From a virus, in the IMG/VR virus record IMGVR_UViG_3300022758_000088, positions 1 through 6,901 of that record: 6,901 bases of DNA; one strand, given 5' to 3'. Below the pieces are notes generated by a model. It was not told the origin of the DNA and ran no database searches. It saw only the letters and a list, made by a program, of their open reading frames with translations. Position numbers and translations under genes: made by a program. This document shows positions 1-3,834 of this stretch, piece after piece. Positions within the stretch are counted from its first letter, which is position 1; the number at the start of each line of letters is the position of its first letter.

Positions 1-127
1 TTTGAAATGTAAGGGAAGAGACGTAAAACTATTAAGATATCCCGCAACGTACGACTCAGCCTGTCCTCGGGACGTAGAGCAATCGACACGTCCAAATTTC
101 CAACATGAATTAACAACTCGGATAAAA
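1..127. repeat. Terminal redundancy: 1-127 is identical to 6775-6901. This is a circular-contig overlap, not a biological repeat.
   Basis: Base-by-base comparison of the first 127 nt (tttgaaatgtaagggaagag...caactcggataaaa) with the last 127 nt gives an offset of exactly 6774. The VP4 reading frame continues without a stop across the implied junction (1 joined to 6774). From memory, 127 is the usual largest k of de Bruijn assemblers such as SPAdes. Confidence 0.97.
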
Positions 128-783
128 TTCTTGGCGAGTTTGTCGGAGTCAAAGAAAAATAAGATATGGAAATGCGGGCGGAAAGAGATGGGTCCGTACT
201 CTCCCACAATGTATGTATGTAACTTTTCATTTTCGGGATTTAAATCACGTAAGAGGATTTGCTTACGTACACGTTTCATAAACAAGGAAAGGTCCTTATG
301 GCAAAGAAAACCATAACGACCGGCATATTGAGGGTATTTACCTTTAAAGGATAAATCTGCCTGACGAGAATAACGATTCCAATACTCTTTCTTACAGGAA
401 AAATCAAACTCAAACTGCTGATCCATAGCTAAGCCGAGAACAGGCCGCACATGCTTAACACCATGAAAAATGATAGTACGAGTAAGCCTACGACGAGGAT
501 AAACAAAAGCATGCACAGCAATATTATCTTCGTCGATCTCGTGAGTTTCAACTTCATAATAAGGGATAAACTCATTCTTATAAGTGAGACTAACAAAATA
601 ACAATATTTTGAAACAGACTTTTGAGCATAAATACGATTTTCAGAAAGAATGGATTTAGAAACTCTGCAAGCATCACAGACACCACAGGGAACGAGAATA
701 ATATCACCTGTATAAGGATTAATGACTTCACGTTTGTTCTGACACTCCGTGTAAAATTTATTAACGAACTCTGCAGTATCCAT
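1..783 (-). CDS. VP4: Replication initiator protein VP4 (HUH rolling-circle endonuclease), N-terminal 261 codons. It continues at 6774 on the circle.
   Basis: Hand translation of the minus strand from ATG 783..781 gives MDTAEFVNKFYTECQNKREVINPYTGDIILVPCGVCDACRVSK...YCYFVSLTYKNE...GEYGPISFRPHFHILFFFDS...RGQAESYVAGYLNSFTSLPLHFK. I checked all 261 triplets and found no stop. The sequence has a CxxCxxC cluster, RCR motif 1 (FVSLTY), the HUH motif (HFH in RPHFHILFF) and a Tyr motif (SYVAGYL). This frame is absent from the supplied ORF track because it runs off the window edge. Confidence 0.9.
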   Translation of the reverse strand, partial: MDTAEFVNKFYTECQNKREVINPYTGDIILVPCGVCDACRVSKSILSENRIYAQKSVSKYCYFVSLTYKNEFIPYYEVETHEIDEDNIAVHAFVYPRRRLTRTIIFHGVKHVRPVLGLAMDQQFEFDFSCKKEYWNRYSRQADLSFKGKYPQYAGRYGFLCHKDLSLFMKRVRKQILLRDLNPENEKLHTYIVGEYGPISFRPHFHILFFFDSDKLAKNFIRVVNSCWKFGRVDCSTSRGQAESYVAGYLNSFTSLPLHFK

Positions 784-794
784 GATGTAAAAAC

Positions 795-989
795 CTAGTC
801 TTTATCGTTTAACAAAAGATAGAGATTTTCCTCGGGGAAGGAATCAAATACAAGAACGTTACCGGAACTAGGTTTTAAATTTTCATGCAGAAAGTGAAGT
901 AATTCACCTTCTTCAACAACGTAAATAACAGGCTCCTGAGGGCGCTGAGGATCGTTGGATTTCGAATGTTTAGCTACTTTAAATAACAT
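795..989 (-). CDS. Hypothetical small protein (64 aa) immediately upstream of VP4
   Basis: The ORF is in the gene-strand orientation and its composition looks protein-like (MLFKVAKHSKSNDPQRPQEPVIYVVEEGELLHFLHENLKP...). It stops 11 nt before the VP4 ATG and fits the compact unidirectional layout. I recognise no homolog. Confidence 0.5.
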   Translation of the reverse strand: MLFKVAKHSKSNDPQRPQEPVIYVVEEGELLHFLHENLKPSSGNVLVFDSFPEENLYLLLNDKD

Positions 990-1090
990 ATTGTGAAGAA
1001 TTAATTACAATGCAATAATAAGACAAAATAAGGTAATAACAAAAAATAAGGTATGAAAAAATTTCATAGAAGGAATAATAAATAATAATA
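990..1090. other. Extremely AT-rich non-coding tract (hand count 18/100 G+C) with AAT/TAT-type short repeats
   Basis: Hand count of 991-1090 gives 18 G+C. Sequences such as aataataaataataata occur at 1074-1090. The tract lies directly next to the 53% GC hairpin island. Confidence 0.6.
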
Positions 1091-1490
1091 CCTCCGCTGT
1101 GACCTCGCGATACCGGCTCGCGAGTCGGACACTACGTGTCCTCCCGGGAATAGACTTTTGTCCATTTGCTCGCCTAGCTCGGTCACGCCAACGCACGATG
1201 GATTCTTCGAATCCAGTAGGATGGGGTGTCACTTTTGCATAGTAAGGACGAGAGAGTTGAATCGATGAAGGTAACATCGATTCCCTTCGGGCAAAAGTGT
1301 AGGCTTCACTAACGTAATGGATGTTTACGGGTCAGCTTCGCTGACGGCGTGGACCGTGGTTAACATAATGCAAGGGGAAGAGCGCCGCAAGAGCAAGACA
1401 CTATACTCAAGGGCGCTAGGATGTTTACCGGATTCCGAGACTCGCTACGCTCGCTCTCTCACTCGGTTAACGGTGCCTTCGGCAGTAGTT
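1091..1490 (-). other. GC-rich, hairpin-dense non-coding island. It could be a structured ssDNA origin or a structured RNA. Family unrecognised.
   Basis: Hand count gives 214/400 G+C (53.5%), against roughly 35-43% in spot-checked coding lines and 18% in the adjacent tract. All three minus-strand frames have stops between 1467 and about 1280. At least 10 local hairpins are present, many of them perfect palindromes, plus long-range complementarities (1230-1238/1291-1299, 1099-1104/1181-1186, 1250-1256/1454-1460). Confidence 0.65.
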
Positions 1491-1811
1491 TAATACGTCT
1501 TCTTTGAAGACGTATATATCAGCAGAAGGAATACACGGAAAGTCATCACCAACATGATAATAAGTAACTTCAACTTCAAGATCAGGAACAGATGAAAACA
1601 CAGTAGACAATATTCTACCAATGCGAAGAGATATACAATCAAACACAACAATTCCAAGCATCTCATCAAAGACTCCGGCAGAAGAAGAGCGAAGGGTCAA
1701 ACGAATATATTTAGGTTCAATATAACCAATGGTAGATACACGATGTTCTTCCCATATAGAAACTATTCCTTCCAGTGTACCAAAAACAACAAGTAAATTT
1801 TCTTTAGTCAT
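1467..1811 (-). CDS. Hypothetical protein (114 aa from ATG 1811; an alternative upstream start at 1841 gives 124 aa)
   Basis: Track ORF 1467..1841. The internal start MTKENLLVVFGTLEG... lies 11 nt after the ORF91 stop, which fits the compact layout. The sequence looks protein-like and I recognise no homolog. Its last ~25 codons overlap hairpins at the edge of the GC island. Confidence 0.55.
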   Translation of the reverse strand: MTKENLLVVFGTLEGIVSIWEEHRVSTIGYIEPKYIRLTLRSSSAGVFDEMLGIVVFDCISLRIGRILSTVFSSVPDLEVEVTYYHVGDDFPCIPSADIYVFKEDVLNYCRRHR

Positions 1812-1822
1812 AGCAGCAAGCT

Positions 1823-2098
1823 TTAAAAGTAAACATAACAAGATCCATAGTCAAGATGAAAGGGACGAAAAAGAGCAGGCTGAGATTCAACAGCAAACCG
1901 ACGATGAAAACGAACAGGATCACCGGGGAATAATTTGCGAAGAGAATTAAGCGTAGAACGAGTATCATTAAAACTAAAATCGTAAATAGGGTATAAATGA
2001 CCCTCTCTAATAACAGTAAACACTGCACAGTCCATAAAAACAGAATAAATAGTCTGTGCCTTCTCTAAATCGGTTTTAAATAACTTAATGCGTTTCAT
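1823..2098 (-). CDS. Hypothetical protein (91 aa), first gene after the predicted promoter
   Basis: Track ORF MKRIKLFKTDLEKAQTIYSVFMDCAVFTVIREGHLYPIYDF... The ATG at 2098 lies about 24 nt downstream of a TAccTTTG -7 box. I recognise no homolog. Confidence 0.5.
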   Translation of the reverse strand: MKRIKLFKTDLEKAQTIYSVFMDCAVFTVIREGHLYPIYDFSFNDTRSTLNSLRKLFPGDPVRFHRRFAVESQPALFRPFHLDYGSCYVYF

Positions 2099-2121
2099 AT
2101 CCTTTGTTTTTGATTACATTA

Positions 2122-2152
2122 CAAAGGTAGCATTTTATTATGAAATAACAAA
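2122..2152 (-). promoter_or_regulatory. Bacteroidota-type promoter: -33 TTTG (2152..2149), 19-nt spacer, -7 TAccTTTG (2129..2122)
   Basis: The minus strand reads TTTG-ttatttcataataaaatgc-TACCTTTG. This is an exact match to the Bacteroides sigma-ABfr consensus as I remember it (TTTG / TAnnTTTG, spacing about 19-21). It sits in one of only two non-coding regions, 23 nt upstream of the ORF91 ATG. Confidence 0.55.
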
Positions 2153-2157
2153 TAATA

Positions 2158-2175
2158 TAATGCTAAATAGCATTA
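2158..2175. repeat. 18-bp dyad symmetry TAATGCTA-AA-TAGCATTA between the terminator and the -33 box
   Basis: Read directly: 8-nt arms are perfectly complementary around a 2-nt centre. Its position just upstream of the -33 element suggests an operator or protein-binding site, or a second weak hairpin. Confidence 0.4.
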
Positions 2176-2189
2176 AATAATGTTAATAA

Positions 2190-2216
2190 ATTCTTCCGGC
2201 TATAAACCGGAAGAAT
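2190..2216 (-). terminator. Intrinsic-terminator-like hairpin directly after the VP2 stop
   Basis: The minus strand reads TGA-ttt-ATTCTTCCGG-tttatag-CCGGAAGAAT-ttattaacattattt. This is a 10-bp perfect stem with a 7-nt loop and a U-rich (not pure U) tail, starting 3 nt after the VP2 TGA. Confidence 0.5.
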
Positions 2217-2219
2217 AAA

Positions 2220-3419
2220 TCACTTTTTCTTAAGAGCAGCAGTACCAATACCGGAAACAGTATTTAAAAAGAAATCTCTCCAAATCTGTTGAGCACGGTA
2301 ATACTTCTTACGATTAAGCATAGAATGACCTTCACGAGACCAAAGCAATTCCTGCATCTGTTTTTCAAGGCGAGAAATCTGAGACTGATAGATATCCATA
2401 TTACCTCTACCAGTAGCAACAGCACCGGCAAGAGATTTATACGAACGATAATAAGCAGCATTAGACTGATACTCTTCTTTCATTGCGCGTACAAAGAAAT
2501 CAGAAAGTTCAGCGGACTGTTTATTACTTATACGAATACCGGCAGTACGGGCAATAGATTCATTATATTCTGCCAATCGATTTTTAATCGATGCCAAAGA
2601 CAATTGTCCTTGAGCATATTGAGCAAAAAGTGATGCAGCATGAGAATAGATCTGAACCTGCTGTTGAGCAGGAAGATACTTATTCATAATTTCCTGGCCT
2701 TTACCTTGCAATTTAGTCAGAAGAGCCTGAGCAGCTGTAAGCTCAGTATGAGTGCGAACAGCTTCATACTCCTGACGAATCATATTTATACCAGTAATAG
2801 CCATCTCAGGAGCCATGGCACGACGAATATTCCAATAGGCAGGATCAAGACTCTCAACTTCTCCATTAATATTGGAAAGTATCTGAGATTTACGAAAATC
2901 TGATCCAAACTGCATATCAAAAGCATTCGCAATATCCTGACCTTTTGCCTGATTGGCTAAAAGTTGATTACTGTAATAAGAATTAATAGCATCTCCAACA
3001 CTATTAAAACTCATCTGAAATGTCTCCGGGACCTGATTAGGCATCTGAGCAGTAGGATTACCTACTCCGGAAACACCGGAGGAGGTAACACCAACACCTG
3101 CAGAATTGCCATCAAGTCCATTCATATAAGGATTATATCCGGCCTCTTCAAGGCGGGCGCGTTGCGCAGCCGGAGAATTATACTCGTTTTCACGATTCCA
3201 TTGTTCCAAAGTCCACTGGTTTTGGGCATTACGTTCAGAAGTTTGCCACTCGCGATTAATGGCTGCCTGCTGAGCATTCCATTCATTATTCATCTGAGCG
3301 ATTTCCTTCTGACCTTTATTATAAGCCTTGGCGGCACGTTTAGACATGCCGCCGGAAATACCAGAACCTAGAAGTCCGGAAATACCTGAAACAATAGCGC
3401 TACCAACAAGCGGACCCAT
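2220..3419 (-). CDS. VP2: Minor capsid / DNA pilot protein VP2 (399 aa)
   Basis: The N-terminus is Gly/Ser-rich (MGPLVGSAIVSGISGLLGSGISGG). It is followed by a Q/N/W-rich segment ...NREWQTSERNAQNQWTLEQWNRENEYNSPAAQRARLEEAGYNPYM, which I recognise as typical of microvirus VP2. Size and position downstream of VP1 fit. The start overlaps the upstream stop (TAATG). Confidence 0.85.
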   Translation of the reverse strand: MGPLVGSAIVSGISGLLGSGISGGMSKRAAKAYNKGQKEIAQMNNEWNAQQAAINREWQTSERNAQNQWTLEQWNRENEYNSPAAQRARLEEAGYNPYMNGLDGNSAGVGVTSSGVSGVGNPTAQMPNQVPETFQMSFNSVGDAINSYYSNQLLANQAKGQDIANAFDMQFGSDFRKSQILSNINGEVESLDPAYWNIRRAMAPEMAITGINMIRQEYEAVRTHTELTAAQALLTKLQGKGQEIMNKYLPAQQQVQIYSHAASLFAQYAQGQLSLASIKNRLAEYNESIARTAGIRISNKQSAELSDFFVRAMKEEYQSNAAYYRSYKSLAGAVATGRGNMDIYQSQISRLEKQMQELLWSREGHSMLNRKKYYRAQQIWRDFFLNTVSGIGTAALKKK

Positions 3420-3832
3420 TACTCAGTAGACTGAACAGGTTCAGAATCAACCTTAGGCTGGGAAGCAATAGCGGCTTCTTTAACCTCAGCAACCATATCC
3501 TGATATTTCTGATCAAGGCTAGCCATCCAAGCATCAACTTCAGCCGGAGACTGAAGATAACGAGATTTTAATGTCTCAATCAGAGCATCATCATCAAGTT
3601 TCTGCTTATACGGGGACCGGGAAGGCTGAATAGAGCGAACAATATTCAAATAATTTTCCTCACCAATCTGATTACGAATGCGTTCTGCATTCATAAGAAG
3701 ATTGACATCAGAATTCATATGAATACAACCATCTTCATCGGTATAAAACCGAAGAGATTCAATCGGTTGTACAACAACGGCAATAGCCGAAGACAAACCA
3801 GCAACAATATACTTATCACTCATAATGAACAT
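3419..3832 (-). CDS. Hypothetical protein (137 aa) between VP1 and VP2. It may be a scaffolding-type protein, judged by position only.
   Basis: The ORF is tightly packed, starting 2 nt after the VP1 stop and overlapping the VP2 ATG by 1 nt. The sequence looks protein-like with an acidic C-terminus. No motif recognised, so the functional guess is purely positional. An alternative start is ATG 3823. Confidence 0.6.
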   Translation of the reverse strand: MFIMSDKYIVAGLSSAIAVVVQPIESLRFYTDEDGCIHMNSDVNLLMNAERIRNQIGEENYLNIVRSIQPSRSPYKQKLDDDALIETLKSRYLQSPAEVDAWMASLDQKYQDMVAEVKEAAIASQPKVDSEPVQSTE

Positions 3833-3834
3833 CT

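Noticed and set aside
1-127. The 127-nt terminal direct repeat as a biological DTR/LTR or mobile-element end
   Set aside because: It interrupts a single continuous Rep ORF that reads through the junction. Microviridae genomes are circular ssDNA, and the length equals a common assembler k-mer, so this is an assembly overlap.
2-316. 104-aa plus-strand ORF (TTG start) at the left edge
   Set aside because: It is antisense to the VP4 frame, which carries clear HUH Rep motifs. It has an alternative start, no supporting signals, and is on the opposite strand from every other gene.
429-731. 100-aa minus-strand ORF offered by the track inside the VP4 region
   Set aside because: It is in the +1 frame of VP4 (offset 52 nt). 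Its low-complexity hydrophobic sequence is explained by the host gene's T-rich third codon positions becoming second positions. The real gene here is VP4. It is kept only as a weak lysis candidate in the findings.
1111-1160. Faint resemblance to RNase P conserved regions (aaagtc...cccggg and gccggta). Elsewhere in the island, gagactcg resembles a group I P7-region motif and cgatgaagg resembles a hammerhead core.
   Set aside because: The matches are 6-8 nt, in the wrong order or spacing for the families concerned (RNase P CR-I and CR-V are hundreds of nt apart). The defining cores (GGAAAGUCCGGGC, AGACUA, CUGAUGA...GAAA) are absent.
1199-1215. tRNA T-arm-like sequence (ggattcgaa.../...ttcgaatcc)
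   Set aside because: It forms a 7-bp perfect hairpin with a 3-nt loop rather than a 5-bp stem with a 7-nt TPsiC loop. No acceptor, D or anticodon arms could be built around it on either strand.
1005-1277. 90-aa minus-strand ORF spanning the GC island and the AT tract
   Set aside because: It starts inside the loop and stem of hairpin 1259-1283, runs through several perfect palindromes, and then crosses the composition break from 53% to 18% GC. The Arg-rich then Phe/Ile/Leu-rich sequence looks like a translation of composition rather than a protein. It cannot be fully excluded without conservation data.
1358-1371. dif-like XerD half-site: the gene strand reads cATTATGTTAACc, close to the conserved ATTATGTnAAnT arm of bacterial dif. 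This is relevant because Bacteroidota microvirus prophages are proposed to integrate via XerCD.
   Set aside because: Only one arm matches. The 11 nt where the XerC arm should lie (gcgctcttccc / gggaagagcgc) shows essentially no similarity, including to the conserved ATAA, and no inverted partner half-site was found. It is worth a formal dif-model scan but is not supported by eye.
1413-1447. TAGCGA (1447..1442) and TAGCGC (1418..1413) on the gene strand, resembling the CS-6 TAGCGT element of plasmid ssoA origins
   Set aside because: A 5-6-mer is expected by chance in 400 nt. The ssoA family is from Gram-positive plasmids, and I am relying on memory for the consensus. It is noted only as a hint compatible with the ssDNA-origin idea.
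1493-1515. 10-bp perfect hairpin ATACGTCTTC-AAA-GAAGACGTAT as a transcription terminator for ORF114
   Set aside because: It lies inside the ORF114 coding sequence, 24 nt before the stop, and neither strand has a U-tract after it. It is more likely the outermost hairpin of the structured island.
2289-3371. Plus-strand ORFs 2289..2633, 2640..2903 and 2964..3371, antisense to VP2. Similar antisense ORFs are 1729..1950, 4543..4821, 4703..4921, 5368..5724, 5802..5984, 6292..6540 and 6574..6786.
   Set aside because: All are antisense to well-supported or tightly packed minus-strand genes. Their low-complexity Ile/Ser/Arg-rich translations are typical of the complement of T-rich coding DNA, and there are no plus-strand promoter signals.
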